Below are positions 48,702 through 59,265 of a stretch of DNA of 64,000 bases, piece after piece (position 1 is the stretch's first letter; each line of letters begins with the position of its first letter). Under the pieces are notes generated by a model. It did no database searches and had not been told where the DNA came from. It worked only from the letters and a program-made list of their open reading frames with translations. The stretch covers positions 6,396 to 70,395 of the forward strand of contig JAZRES010000004.1 in the NCBI GenBank assembly GCA_045660965.1, read 5' to 3'. This DNA is from Acutalibacteraceae bacterium (GTDB lineage Bacteria > Bacillota > Clostridia > Oscillospirales > Acutalibacteraceae). The position numbers and the translations under genes are program-made.

Positions 48702-49619
48702 TCAAACAAATTCATAAGATTCGGCAATTTCGGTAATGGTACCCACACCAAGGGTTTGCACCTTGTTTTGGCTCTGGTACTCTTTCGGGGTGATACCGTA
48801 TTTCTTGCGGAATACCGAAATGAAATAGGAAGCCGCCGAAAAACCGGATTGTGCCGAGATGGTCTCGATATTCAGGTTGGGATTCTCCAACAGTTTGGTG
48901 GCGTATTGCAACCGCAGATCGGCAATCATCTGCATACAGGTGGTGCCGGTAGACTGTTTAAACAGTAGCGCCAGGTGGTTGGGGGATACGTGGGCCTTTT
49001 CGCCCAGTTCCTGCATGGTAATCTTCTTGCGGAAGTTGTAGAAGATGTATTGCAGGGTCTGATGCACCACCGGATTGGTGGCGGTATAGGCGGGCATTAG
49101 GGTATCTTCTTGGGGGCTCTCGCGGATGATATGTAGGCACAGATAGGAGAGCATCAATTGAATGCTTAGGCTCTGGGTATTGTTTACCTCAAAGCAGTGG
49201 AGCAGTTCGTTTAGCTGGGTTAATAACCGATCAAAATCGTTCTCATTCAGTTTTACCGAATGTACGTGGTTGTGCTGGAGCAACAGATCCCGCACCTCGC
49301 CGAAAATGGCCTGTTCATCAAACCGCAGATGCACTACGTGTAGATCGGTGCCGGGGTCGGGGATAAGGGCGTGGATGTCCATAGGCGTCAGCAGATAGGC
49401 ACAGCCTACCGATAGGGGATAGTTGGTGCCGTTATACTGGTGGATACCGGTACCGCTGAGCACGATCTCTACCTCAAAATAGTCGTGCCAATGCAGTTCG
49501 CGGCTGTTCCATTGGCTGTTGACAATACGCTCGTCAATGGCTAGAAAAAAAGGGCTCTGCATCCGGTACATATACCGCTGATCTGCAGAGATAAAACGAG
49601 AGGGGATGCTTGCGTTCAT
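48702..49619 (-). CDS. AraC-family transcriptional regulator (cupin sensor + HTH), AraC-1
   Basis: The C-terminus ISAQSGFSAASYFISVFRKKYGITPKEYQ is the AraC HTH. The N-terminal region is cupin-like. The start is set at MNASIPS because GGAGG lies 6 nt upstream. The ORF-track start is 49631. Confidence 0.85.
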   Translation of the reverse strand: MNASIPSRFISADQRYMYRMQSPFFLAIDERIVNSQWNSRELHWHDYFEVEIVLSGTGIHQYNGTNYPLSVGCAYLLTPMDIHALIPDPGTDLHVVHLRFDEQAIFGEVRDLLLQHNHVHSVKLNENDFDRLLTQLNELLHCFEVNNTQSLSIQLMLSYLCLHIIRESPQEDTLMPAYTATNPVVHQTLQYIFYNFRKKITMQELGEKAHVSPNHLALLFKQSTGTTCMQMIADLRLQYATKLLENPNLNIETISAQSGFSAASYFISVFRKKYGITPKEYQSQNKVQTLGVGTITEIAESYEFV

Positions 49620-49740
49620 AGTTACCTCCATAGGGTGACAAAAGCAAAACTCTATCTGAAGATATATCCCATTATATACATTTTTCTACGAAAATCAAGA
49701 GTTTTTGTTATCAAAATGCTAGTTTTTACCGAAAAATGAT

Positions 49741-49785
49741 AAAAAATGAAAACCCCTGCAACGGAATTTCCGTTGCAGGGGTGTT
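49741..49785 (-). terminator. Rho-independent terminator of giant paralog P1
   Basis: The minus strand reads cccctgcaacgg-aaatt-ccgttgcagggg followed by a T-rich tract (ttttcatttttt). Confidence 0.85.
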
Positions 49786-49812
49786 TAACTTAGAGTGTAA
49801 AGCTAGATCGCT

Positions 49813-52800
49813 TTAGTCCTCGTACTTACGGTCGTCGGTGGCAGTAACCACACGATAGGACTCGTATACGGTGGGGTCAGCTTCCATGATATCGCCACGT
49901 TCGGTGTTCTTAACACCGGCAGCCTTCAGGGCGTGGATGCCGTTCTCATCGTAACGACCGATGATGACAGAGCCATCCTTCTGAATGCGGAAGACGGTCA
50001 TGGTCAGCGCACCGTCAGCGCCACCGGTGGTGGAGCCGTAGTAGCCGATATAACCAGCGGTCATATAGGTGAAGTTCAGGGTGACAGCTTCGGGAGTGGT
50101 GTAGTCGATGTAGCTGGGCACCAGCATAGTGTCGCCCTTCTTCAGATAGACAGAACCACCGCCGATGTAGTTATCGTAACCGCCGGAGTGGTTATGGCCG
50201 AACAGGAAGATGATGTTCAGACCGGCAGCACCGGCCTCATTCAGAGCCTCCACGATGGGCATAGCGGTACGGGCATTCTGACCGGATACGGTACGCATAG
50301 AGAAGTTCAGCGGCACGTGGCAGACCACGAAGATGGGCTTGTTGCCCCAACCGCCGTTGATCTTAGCGTCGAAGTAGTTGGTCAGTTCCTTGGCTACGTT
50401 CTCGCCGCCGGCACCGGTATCGGCGTAGTTATCCTCGTTGATGAGGAACAGGCCGTAGGGAGCGCCGAAGGGATCGTTGTTGCCGTGCTGGGTCAGACCC
50501 ACGGTAGCCTCGGGATCGTGGTTACCCTGAGAATAGAACTTGTTGTTGTACACAACCTTAGAGATCTCCTCGTCCAGACCGGCCAGACCTTCAGAGGTCA
50601 GATCGGCAGTAGTGCCGCCGGAATAGTCACCGCCGGACATAAAGCCGTCGAACAGACCATAGCCGGCGTCTGCCATAGCGCCCAAGATGTTGCTTACGGT
50701 GCGACGACCGGCAGCCACGTCGTTGTTCTTGGGCTGGAAGTCGGAACCTGCCAGCAGAACAACCTCGGACAGGTCAGCAATCGCATAGGGATCGTACATA
50801 GCGTGAGCTACGGAACGAGCGATGTCGTAATAGTCGTTGGCAACCTCAGCGGGGTAATAGTCGGCCTGATCCAGGGTCTCGCCGGTGATGGCAGCAAACC
50901 AAGCCAGCATATTGATATACCCCTTGATGCTGTCGTTTGCAGCAACGCCAGTACCGATAAAGTTCTGGGTAGCGGTATAGGAGTAGATGGCCTCGGCATT
51001 GTTCAGAGTGGTCTGGGCCATATCCTCGTCGTTATCCCAGAAGAGAACGGCATCATTGGTGGCAGCATCCACTTCATTGATATAGGCCTGATCCTCGGAA
51101 TCAACGATTACGTAATCCCAATCCTCAGCCAGTGCAGACTGGGCATCGGCGTTGGTCCACTCGCCATACTGATAGCGGGCATAGTCGTCGCCAGACAGGC
51201 TACCCAGTACTACGTTATCGTAGTCGGCACTCTCCAGAATGCCGGCCAGGTAAGCCTGCATAGCATCGGCAGAGCTGTCGTCGCCAATAGCCAGAACGCT
51301 AATGGCCTTGTGCTCGCCGGTAACGCCAGCGTAGTTGTTGTGAGCCAGAGCACCGTACACCACAATCTCCTCGCCATTTACGTCATAGACGTAATAGGGG
51401 CGGGCATAGATCTCGGTACCGGTCTTGTCCTCGGGGATGTTGACGATACGCACGGCATAGCCGAAGGAATTGCCCTCCAGATCGATCAGGTACTGGGCGT
51501 TGACGTCAATCACAGAGGTGCCGTTAACGGCATCCAGAGTGAAGGTATCGTAGTTGGCGCCGATGTCAGCCTTGTTGGTGACCACAGCACCCATACGCAC
51601 CAGAGCGCCGATGGCCTGACGGTTCTTGTACAGGTCAATGGTACCGGTGCCGGGCACATACTGGTTGTGCTTTATAACCTGTACGCCGTTGGCAGCCACA
51701 GTGAAGCGGAAAGCCAGACCACGGTTGTTGTCAGCCACGTCACGGACGCTGACACCGGTGTTCTTGGTGTTCTCCTTGCGGATGTTCTCTTCACCGTTTA
51801 CGTTGACGATGGAGACGTTATCGATGTACATCTCGTCGGCAGAGGAATTACCGCTACCGCAGAAGTTCAGGGTGACCTTGGTGGTGTAGCCCACGTTAAA
51901 GGTCTTCTCATACAGCATCCAGTCGGTACCCTTGCTGGTGCTCAGATATTCGCTGGTGATCTTACTGCTGTCGGCAGCATTCAGAATCTGCATGTTGATA
52001 CCGTTAGAGATAGGCTTGTACCAGAAGCTTACCTTATAGGTGTTGCCCATATCCACGTTGAAGGTCTGGTTGATGGTACCACCCCAACCGGTGCCCTTCA
52101 TAACCACGCCGGCAGAGCCTTCATAGGCAGCCTTGGTGGACAGGATGGTCTGCTGGTGGGTGTTCCAATTGACGGTGGTGCCGGCCTCAAAGTCGCCGTT
52201 GTAGATATAACCGTCAAAGGAAGAACCCTTGGGAGCAGACAGAACTACGAACATATCGTCAGCATAGACGCTTTCAGCCACGCCGGTACCGCTACCGCAC
52301 ATATTGATGCGGGTGGTGGTGCCCTGGGCCACGAACTTCAGCTGGACAACGCTCCAGCCGGTCTTGCTGAAATAGGTGGAGATCAGCTTGTTGCCGGAGG
52401 CCTGATCCAGAATTTGGATGTTGGCGCCGGCAGCATTGGCCTTGAAGAAGCCGTAGAAGTAATAGTTCTCACCGGGTACGGTGGTGATGTCCTGATAGGC
52501 AAAACCGCCCCAACCGCCGTTACCGGACAGGTGCAGGCCATACTCGCCGTTGCAGGCAGCAGCATCAGAGACCTCGGTGGTCTGGGAGATGTTCCAGGGA
52601 GAAGCCTTACCGGTCTCCAGGTCACCATTGTACAGATAACCATCAAAGGCAGGCTCTTTCAGCTCTTCCACAGTGATATCATCGATGAGGATGGTGCCGG
52701 CGTTGGCAGCCTCAGAGGTGAACTTGATCAGCATCTGAGAGTTGTCACCGGAGTTGTACACGCAGGTGTTCTTTACCCAGCCCTTGTCGGCGGATTTGTT

Positions 52801-54090
52801 CATCCAGTTTTCACCGGACAGACGCTCAAAGTTGGTCCAGGGAGAAGTGGTCTGGCACACAATCAGGTTGAAGGCGCCGGTGCCGGATACACGCTTGGAC
52901 CACCAGGAAATCTCATACTGAGTGTTGGGCTTTACGCCGATGGTGCGCACAGCAGCCTCGCCCCAAGCGGAGGGATTGGACAGCTGCAGAGCATAGTTGC
53001 CGCTATGGGCGTCGGTGACAATGGCAGAGGTACCGCTGTTGCAGGACCAGCCGGTCTTGTCACCGGTCTCAAAGTCACCGTTGGTGAGCAGAGGAGCTTT
53101 GATGACGACGATGTCGTCCACGTAGACATCTTCGGCAACGCCGTTACCACCGCCGCAGAAGTTCAGGAAGAGGGCGTTGGTGGTGGGGGTGACGGAGTAG
53201 GTCAGATAGGTCCACTCGGTCTTGGTGAACCAGGTGCCGCCCAGCTTAGTGCCGTTGGTGTTGCCGTCCTTAATCTGGACATTAACGCCGTTGGAAACAG
53301 CCTTAATCCACATAGATACCTGATAGCTCTGATCGGCGGTAACCGGTACAGTCTGGTTCAGCATACCGCCCCAGCCGCCGTTACCCTTCAGGTTGATACC
53401 GTAGTAGCCGGTATAGGCAGCGTCGGCAGAGATGGCAGAGGACTGATGAACTTCCCAACCGGTCTTGTTACCGGTCTCAAAGTTGCCGTTCTCCACCAGG
53501 TTACCCTTTACCTCGGGTACGGGGTTGGCGGGCTGATCGGGCAATACTTCGGGCTCGGGACCTACAAAAGAGAAATCGTCGAAGTAGTAGGTGCCACCGT
53601 CGCTGGCGGTGCGGTTCTGCATCACCAGGGTCAAGGTGGTGTAGTCACCGGAGTTGACGGTGTAGGACACCTTAGTCCAGGCGCTACCAGAAGGAGATAC
53701 ACGACTGTAGTCGTCGTTCAGAGTAACGCTCTCGTTACCATCTTTCACAATTGCGTAGAAAGAGGGGCTGCTGTTAGAGCCAGCATATTTGTACCAGAAG
53801 GTGATGACGTAATCCGTGTTGGCCTTCACGTCGAAGGTCTGACGCATCATCAGCTGATACTTGGTGCTGGTGTTGGCGGTCTTGATGGCATAGCTACCGC
53901 CATGTTTTTCGGACGAGGTAACAGACGTACCGCTTTCCAGCTTCCATCCGTTACCGTTGCCGGTCTCAAAGTTACCGTTCTGCAGCAGATCTACGTTTGC
54001 GGCAGAAACCAGAGAACTCAGAGGCAGCAGGGTGCACAGCATGGCCACGGTCAGGACCACAGCCAATACTTTGCGCAGGTTGTTTTGCAT
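49813..54090 (-). CDS. Giant secreted protein P1: 5 CBM4_9-like modules + YARPYY module + degenerate DUF4886/SGNH-like region + C-terminal metallophosphoesterase domain
   Basis: Signal peptide MQNNLRKVLAVVLTVAMLCTLLPLSSLVSA. Module starts: DLLQNGNFETGNGNGW, NLVENGNFETGNKTGW, PLLTNGDFETGDKTGW, GYLYNGDLETGKASPW, GYIYNGDFEAGTTVNW. Then RGLAFRF...IYARPYYVYD, then AIGDDSS. MPE motifs: GSDFQ, GGDYS, GNHD, CHVPL, GHNHSG. Confidence 0.85.
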   Translation of the reverse strand: MQNNLRKVLAVVLTVAMLCTLLPLSSLVSAANVDLLQNGNFETGNGNGWKLESGTSVTSSEKHGGSYAIKTANTSTKYQLMMRQTFDVKANTDYVITFWYKYAGSNSSPSFYAIVKDGNESVTLNDDYSRVSPSGSAWTKVSYTVNSGDYTTLTLVMQNRTASDGGTYYFDDFSFVGPEPEVLPDQPANPVPEVKGNLVENGNFETGNKTGWEVHQSSAISADAAYTGYYGINLKGNGGWGGMLNQTVPVTADQSYQVSMWIKAVSNGVNVQIKDGNTNGTKLGGTWFTKTEWTYLTYSVTPTTNALFLNFCGGGNGVAEDVYVDDIVVIKAPLLTNGDFETGDKTGWSCNSGTSAIVTDAHSGNYALQLSNPSAWGEAAVRTIGVKPNTQYEISWWSKRVSGTGAFNLIVCQTTSPWTNFERLSGENWMNKSADKGWVKNTCVYNSGDNSQMLIKFTSEAANAGTILIDDITVEELKEPAFDGYLYNGDLETGKASPWNISQTTEVSDAAACNGEYGLHLSGNGGWGGFAYQDITTVPGENYYFYGFFKANAAGANIQILDQASGNKLISTYFSKTGWSVVQLKFVAQGTTTRINMCGSGTGVAESVYADDMFVVLSAPKGSSFDGYIYNGDFEAGTTVNWNTHQQTILSTKAAYEGSAGVVMKGTGWGGTINQTFNVDMGNTYKVSFWYKPISNGINMQILNAADSSKITSEYLSTSKGTDWMLYEKTFNVGYTTKVTLNFCGSGNSSADEMYIDNVSIVNVNGEENIRKENTKNTGVSVRDVADNNRGLAFRFTVAANGVQVIKHNQYVPGTGTIDLYKNRQAIGALVRMGAVVTNKADIGANYDTFTLDAVNGTSVIDVNAQYLIDLEGNSFGYAVRIVNIPEDKTGTEIYARPYYVYDVNGEEIVVYGALAHNNYAGVTGEHKAISVLAIGDDSSADAMQAYLAGILESADYDNVVLGSLSGDDYARYQYGEWTNADAQSALAEDWDYVIVDSEDQAYINEVDAATNDAVLFWDNDEDMAQTTLNNAEAIYSYTATQNFIGTGVAANDSIKGYINMLAWFAAITGETLDQADYYPAEVANDYYDIARSVAHAMYDPYAIADLSEVVLLAGSDFQPKNNDVAAGRRTVSNILGAMADAGYGLFDGFMSGGDYSGGTTADLTSEGLAGLDEEISKVVYNNKFYSQGNHDPEATVGLTQHGNNDPFGAPYGLFLINEDNYADTGAGGENVAKELTNYFDAKINGGWGNKPIFVVCHVPLNFSMRTVSGQNARTAMPIVEALNEAGAAGLNIIFLFGHNHSGGYDNYIGGGSVYLKKGDTMLVPSYIDYTTPEAVTLNFTYMTAGYIGYYGSTTGGADGALTMTVFRIQKDGSVIIGRYDENGIHALKAAGVKNTERGDIMEADPTVYESYRVVTATDDRKYED

Positions 54091-54137
54091 AGTGTTTTCC
54101 TCCTTTTATTAAAATTTTATGCAATTTGCCACCTTTG

Positions 54138-54166
54138 AGTATAGCAAAAAGACACCCAAAAAGCAA
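54138..54166 (-). promoter_or_regulatory. Candidate sigma-A promoter of P1
   Basis: The minus strand reads TTGCTT-17 nt-TATACT, ~45 bp upstream of the P1 ATG and downstream of the P2 terminator. Confidence 0.45.
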
Positions 54167-54219
54167 GTAGCTATATAGTAATGGATAGTATTTTAATACC
54201 TATATATAGAAAAATACCG

Positions 54220-54260
54220 AAAAAAGCCCCCTGCAACAGAATTGCCTGTTGCAGGGGGCT
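54220..54260 (-). terminator. Rho-independent terminator of giant paralog P2
   Basis: The minus strand reads gccccctgcaacag-gcaatt-ctgttgcagggggc followed by TTTTTT. Confidence 0.85.
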
Positions 54261-54291
54261 TAGGGTTAGCTATAAAGTGAAATCACTTTAC

Positions 54292-57200
54292 TTAGTCCTC
54301 GTACTCCTCGTCTTTATAGGCGCCAACAATACGAGAGGACTCGTATACGCGGCCATCGGCTTCGGTGTACTCGGTGTAGTCACGATCGTAGGGGGACAGA
54401 GCACCGGCACTCTTCAGGTTATGCTCGCCGTTCTTGTCATAACGGGTGACAATGACGTCGCCATTCTCCTGAATGCGGAAGGTACACATGGTCAGAGAGG
54501 TGTCAGCACCCTCGCCCATATCGTTGTAGTAAGCAACGTAACCGCAGTTCATATAGGTGAACTTCAGTTCGGTCTCGATGGGGGCATTCTTGTAGTTAGC
54601 GACATCGGGAACCAGGATGGATTCTCCCTTGGGAATGTAGATAGCGGCACCGCCCAGATAATCGTCATAACCGCCGGAGTGGTTGTGAGAGATCAGGAAG
54701 AAGATGTTCAGGCCGGCCTCGCTGGCACTGTTCAGCGCATCGATGATGTAGGCAGCAGACTTAGCACCGCCGTCCTTCATGGTACGATAGTTGTAGTGCA
54801 GGGGCAGGTGGCTGACCACGAAGATGGGCTTGTTGCCCCAGCCATTAGCCAGCTTCTCGTTGAAGTAGGCGGTCAGGTCGGCAGCAACCTGCTGACCACT
54901 ACCACCATAGGCGTTGTAGTTATCCTCGTGTACCAGGAACACGCCATAGGGAGCGCCCTTGGGATCGTTATTGCCGTAGGGATCCAGCAGATCGATACCG
55001 GCAGCGTCGTGGTTACCCTGGGCATAGTGTCTGTCGAAGTTGACGGACTTGCTGATCTCGTTCTCAAGGACGTGCAGACCCTCGTTACTGGAGTCGAAGT
55101 CACTACCCAGAGCCTGAGTATAGTCACCACCAAACAGCAGACCATCGAAGGAGCTGTAGCCACTGTTGGCCTTCACAGAATTGGTCAGGCCCTGCAGGGT
55201 TTCGATACCCTTTTCCCAAGTGTTGGGCTGGAAGTCGGAACCGGACAGCAGTACGGTCTCGGTCAGGTCATAGACCTTGTTGGGGTTAGCATACGCACGT
55301 GCGGCGGCACGATACATATTGTAGTTGTCGCTGTCGCTGAAGTTGGCATTATAGTCGACCAGTTCCAGGCTCTCGCCGCCGGACAGGGACAGGAACCAGG
55401 TCAGAGCGGCGGTGTACTCATCCTGCTCATCGCTGGCATCCAGAACAGTATCCAGGTTAGCCAGAGCGGTATCCACGGCCACGTCGTCGCCGTAGTACAG
55501 CACCTGAGCATCAGCGGGCTTGTTGGCGTTGGCCCAAGCCAGGTCGGCATCGTTGGTGACGACGATGTACTGCCAACGCTCGTCGGCCATCAGGTCGGCC
55601 TGAGCGATGGAGCCGGAGACCCACTTGCCGTTGTCGTCGTTCTTCTTATAGGCGCCGTCGTTGTAGCTGCCCAGGATGACCTGGTCATAGTCGGCATCCT
55701 TCAGTACGTCGTACAGATAAGTCTCAAAGCCATCGGTCTCACCAATGGTCAGCACACGCTTGGTGCGGCGGGTGGCCTCAACAGCCAGATAATTGTTGTT
55801 GGCGATGGTACCATAGATGGTGAACTCCTCGCCGTCAACCTCGTAGACGTAGTAGGGACGGGCATAGATTTCGTTGCCCAAGTTTGCATCGGGGATGTTC
55901 AGGATACGCACAGCAAAGCTGAGAGCATCGTCATCCAGAGACAGCAGGTACTTGGCGTTAACGTCGATGACGTTGGAGCCGTTGACGCTATCCAACTTAA
56001 AGGCGTCGGCGTCGGTACCCACAGCGGCCAGGTTGGTGACCACAGCACCGAAGCGCTTCAGGTTACCAATGACCTCAGCGTACTTGTACAGCTTCAGGTT
56101 ACCGGTGCCGGCTACGTACTGGTTGCCATTCTCGATCTGGATGTTGGTAGCCAGCATATCGAAGCCGAAAGCCAGAGCGGGCAGATCGTTCTCGTCGCGG
56201 ATAGAAGCACCCTTGGGGGTGGTGATCTCGACACGATCCATCTCGCTACCGGACAGGTTGACCAGACGGACGTCGTCAATCAGAACCTCGTCATTGGTAC
56301 CGTTCTGTTTGCCGGAACCGGAGAAGGTCATCTCGATTTCGGTGGCGGTACCGGCCTCGAAGGTTACCTCGTGGTAGGTCCACTGGGCAACCTTGTTGGA
56401 ATCCATATACAGGCTGTCGAAGCTGACGCTCTCATCGGTGGTGCGCAGCTTGTAGTTGACACCGTTGGAAACGGGCAGATACCAGAAGGACAGGGTATAG
56501 GTCTTACCGGCCTCCAGGGTGATGGTCTGATACAGCAGATGACCGCCCCAGTCGCCAACGCCCTTAACAGAGGCAGAATAGATGCCGGTGTGAGCTTCAT
56601 TGGAGATGGAGGACAGAGAGCTGTTGTTCTTCTGCCATTTGCCGAAGACGCCGGTCTCGAAGTCGCCGTTGTAGATGTAGCCGTCGAAGGAGGGATCCTT
56701 CAGAGCTACCAGACGAAGGTCATCGATGGTGGCGGCACCGTTGCCGGACTCCTGACCCATAAAGCCCAGGTACAGGGAGCTGTTGTCGCCGGAGTTGAAG
56801 GTATAGGTAATCTGAGTCCAAGTAGAACCGGCAGAAATGCTTCTCTGAGCATAGTTCTGATCGGTAACACCGGTCTTCAGAATCAGGGTGATGTCGGTGG
56901 TGTCCTTAGCCCACAGGGTCAGCTCATAGTCGGTGTTGGGCTCAACAGTGATCTTCTGGCGAACCTGGTTCCAGGTGCCGGCCTTGATGCTCAGGGCCTG
57001 AGAACTGTTGTGACCCTCTACCAGAGAGACGGTACAGGCGTTGTTGGTGTTGATCCAGTGGGTGGACCAGTCACGATACTCAAAGTCACCGTTGATGATA
57101 TAACCATCGGAAGAAGCAGACTTCTGCTCCACCAGAGTGATGGAGTCGATGTATACATCCTCAGCCAGGCTGGCATTGGCAGAGCCACTACCGCCGATAC

Positions 57201-59265
57201 CGCTGAAGTTCAGCTTGATGGCGGAGTCACCGTTGGAGGTGACGGTGGTGGTGTACTGGGTCCAAGTGCCGGTGGGGGACTTGATGGACTTGTTCTGATA
57301 CATGGTGCCGGACTGTACGCCCTGCAGCTGCAGGGTGAAGCCGTTGGCGTTAATCTTGTACCAGAAAGACAGCTCATAGGTCTTGCCGTTCTTGACGGCC
57401 ATATTCTGGTTCAGCATACCGCCCCAAGAGCCGTTACCCTTCAGGTTAACGCCGTAGTTGCCTTCATAGGCAGCGTTGGCGGAGATGGTGGTGGACTGCC
57501 ACTTCTCCCAGCTGGACAGGTCGCCGGCCTCAAAGTCGCCGTTGCTGATCAGAGGAGCTTCGGTGACGGAGACGTCATCGATATAGGCAACCTCATACTC
57601 GCCGTTACCGGCGCCGCAGATGTTGATGAACAGAGCGTTGGTGGTGGGGGATACCACGAAACTAATCTGAGTCCAGTCAGCATAGCTGGAAGCGGAACAC
57701 CACTTGCCGGCAAGAGAGGCGCCGGAATCGTTGGTCTCTTTGACCTGGATGTTGACGCCTACGCTCTTGACCTTCAGCCACATCGTAACCACGTAAGACT
57801 TGCCGATAACGGCGTCAACGGTGGTGTACAGCAGAGAGCCATAGGAGCCCTTGCCGGACAGGTAAGCACCATAGTTACCGGTCTTGGCAGCCTCGGTGTT
57901 TACGGTAGTAGACTGGTTGGCGTGCCAGCCGGTGGTATCACCGGTCTCGAAGGTGCCGTTAATGACCAGGTTGCCGGACACAACGGGAGCATCGGGATTG
58001 GCGGGGGTGTCGGGGTTCTCCGGCTCTTCCAGGCCGGGCTCAACAGTACCGTCGGCACGTACCAGATACACATCATCGAAGTAGTACTGACCGGCGTTGG
58101 CACGGTAGTTGGAGAAGGTAATGGTGGTGTTGGAAATATCACCGGAGTTGAAGGGAATCTCCACAGAGCACCATTTGTTACGAGCGCTGGAACTGGTAGC
58201 AGTGAAGCGCACGCGGGTGCTGGAGGAGCTGGACACCGTCTTTACTTCCAGACCGCCGGTGGTGACGTTGGAGGTGCTGTAGGTAACAGCGTTGGTACCC
58301 AGAGTCACCCAGAAACCGGGAGAGGAAGAGGCGGTGGAGTAGACGTAAGTCTTAAACTTCAGAATGTAATCGGTGTTGGGGGACATACTGGCAACGGACT
58401 GATAGAACATCTCGTTGCCGGAACCACCGTCAGAGGTGTTGTTGGCGTCGGTCTTCATCACCAGACCTTGGTTAGAAGAGGTGGGATCGCTCACAACAGA
58501 GGTGGCGATGGTGCTGGAGTTGATCAGGGTCCAGTTGGCACCGCCCTGCTCAAAGTCACCATTCTTCAGCATGTTGTAGCCTTCGGGAGCCAGTTCAGAG
58601 GGCTCGTCGGGAGTCTCAGGCTCGTCGGGCTCAACGGGGGTCTCAGGCTCGTCGCCGCCAACCTTGGTCAGCACCACGTCATCAAAGTAGTAGTAACCCT
58701 GCAGAGTGCGGTAGTTACAGAAGATGATGCGGGAGTTGGTAGCAGAACCGGAGTTGAAGGGGATGGATACGTCCACCCACTTGCCGGTATTGCTGTTGAC
58801 GTTCAGACGAACACGGATGGCAGAGCTACTGTCGATGTTCTGACAACCGAAACCGGTTACGTCGGCGGTGTTGTAGCTCACCTTGTTGCCGGTGTCTTTA
58901 TCATAGAAAGAGATGATAAAGGCGGCGTTGCTGGCGGTGGAGTAGCAGTAGGCCTTAAAGGTCAGCACGTAATCGGTGTTGGCCTCCAAGCCGGGCTGCT
59001 GATAGAACATATCGTCACGGCCGTTAGAGTTGTTATAGGTGGACACGGTGTGCATCACCTTACCCTGACCGGCGCCGGTGGGATCGTCTATCACTTCGGT
59101 GGCGGTGTCATCGTCGTTGATCAAAGTCCAACTGGTAGCACCGTTCTCAAAGTCTCCGTTTGCAATCAGATTATCTGCGGCGAAAACCATCGCAGACAGG
59201 GGCAGTATGCTGCACAGCATCAATACCGACAACAGTACTGCCAAAGCTTTGCGGAATTGCTTCAT
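54292..59265 (-). CDS. Giant secreted protein P2: 6 CBM-like modules (two of a distinct N-terminal class) + YARPYY module + degenerate SGNH-like region + metallophosphoesterase domain
   Basis: Signal peptide MKQFRKALAVLLSVLMLCSILPLSAMVFA. Module starts: NLIANGDFENGATSW, NMLKNGDFEQGGANW, NLVINGTFETGDTTGW, PLISNGDFEAGDLSSW, GYIINGDFEYRDW, GYIYNGDFETGVFGKW. PE-rich linkers. Then PALAFGF...IYARPYYVYEVDGEEFTIYG, then TIGETDG. MPE motifs: GSDFQ, GGDYT, GNHD, SHLPL, SHNHSG. Confidence 0.85.
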   Translation of the reverse strand: MKQFRKALAVLLSVLMLCSILPLSAMVFAADNLIANGDFENGATSWTLINDDDTATEVIDDPTGAGQGKVMHTVSTYNNSNGRDDMFYQQPGLEANTDYVLTFKAYCYSTASNAAFIISFYDKDTGNKVSYNTADVTGFGCQNIDSSSAIRVRLNVNSNTGKWVDVSIPFNSGSATNSRIIFCNYRTLQGYYYFDDVVLTKVGGDEPETPVEPDEPETPDEPSELAPEGYNMLKNGDFEQGGANWTLINSSTIATSVVSDPTSSNQGLVMKTDANNTSDGGSGNEMFYQSVASMSPNTDYILKFKTYVYSTASSSPGFWVTLGTNAVTYSTSNVTTGGLEVKTVSSSSSTRVRFTATSSSARNKWCSVEIPFNSGDISNTTITFSNYRANAGQYYFDDVYLVRADGTVEPGLEEPENPDTPANPDAPVVSGNLVINGTFETGDTTGWHANQSTTVNTEAAKTGNYGAYLSGKGSYGSLLYTTVDAVIGKSYVVTMWLKVKSVGVNIQVKETNDSGASLAGKWCSASSYADWTQISFVVSPTTNALFINICGAGNGEYEVAYIDDVSVTEAPLISNGDFEAGDLSSWEKWQSTTISANAAYEGNYGVNLKGNGSWGGMLNQNMAVKNGKTYELSFWYKINANGFTLQLQGVQSGTMYQNKSIKSPTGTWTQYTTTVTSNGDSAIKLNFSGIGGSGSANASLAEDVYIDSITLVEQKSASSDGYIINGDFEYRDWSTHWINTNNACTVSLVEGHNSSQALSIKAGTWNQVRQKITVEPNTDYELTLWAKDTTDITLILKTGVTDQNYAQRSISAGSTWTQITYTFNSGDNSSLYLGFMGQESGNGAATIDDLRLVALKDPSFDGYIYNGDFETGVFGKWQKNNSSLSSISNEAHTGIYSASVKGVGDWGGHLLYQTITLEAGKTYTLSFWYLPVSNGVNYKLRTTDESVSFDSLYMDSNKVAQWTYHEVTFEAGTATEIEMTFSGSGKQNGTNDEVLIDDVRLVNLSGSEMDRVEITTPKGASIRDENDLPALAFGFDMLATNIQIENGNQYVAGTGNLKLYKYAEVIGNLKRFGAVVTNLAAVGTDADAFKLDSVNGSNVIDVNAKYLLSLDDDALSFAVRILNIPDANLGNEIYARPYYVYEVDGEEFTIYGTIANNNYLAVEATRRTKRVLTIGETDGFETYLYDVLKDADYDQVILGSYNDGAYKKNDDNGKWVSGSIAQADLMADERWQYIVVTNDADLAWANANKPADAQVLYYGDDVAVDTALANLDTVLDASDEQDEYTAALTWFLSLSGGESLELVDYNANFSDSDNYNMYRAAARAYANPNKVYDLTETVLLSGSDFQPNTWEKGIETLQGLTNSVKANSGYSSFDGLLFGGDYTQALGSDFDSSNEGLHVLENEISKSVNFDRHYAQGNHDAAGIDLLDPYGNNDPKGAPYGVFLVHEDNYNAYGGSGQQVAADLTAYFNEKLANGWGNKPIFVVSHLPLHYNYRTMKDGGAKSAAYIIDALNSASEAGLNIFFLISHNHSGGYDDYLGGAAIYIPKGESILVPDVANYKNAPIETELKFTYMNCGYVAYYNDMGEGADTSLTMCTFRIQENGDVIVTRYDKNGEHNLKSAGALSPYDRDYTEYTEADGRVYESSRIVGAYKDEEYED

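Noticed and set aside
49933-54138. 1401-aa plus-strand ORF spanning the whole of giant gene P1. Similar cases are 54181-59322 (1713 aa), 60909-63218, 21195-24227 (1010 aa), 25996-28098, 28336-30369, 30562-32223, 36321-38435, 41749-43956 and 44191-47562.
   Set aside because: These ORFs are codon-aligned antisense frames of genes with clear signal peptides and recognisable domains. Their translations are low-complexity (G/V/T/L/Q/H-rich) with no RBS or motif. They stay open only because the sense strand lacks TTA, CTA and TCA codons. They are shadow ORFs, not genes.
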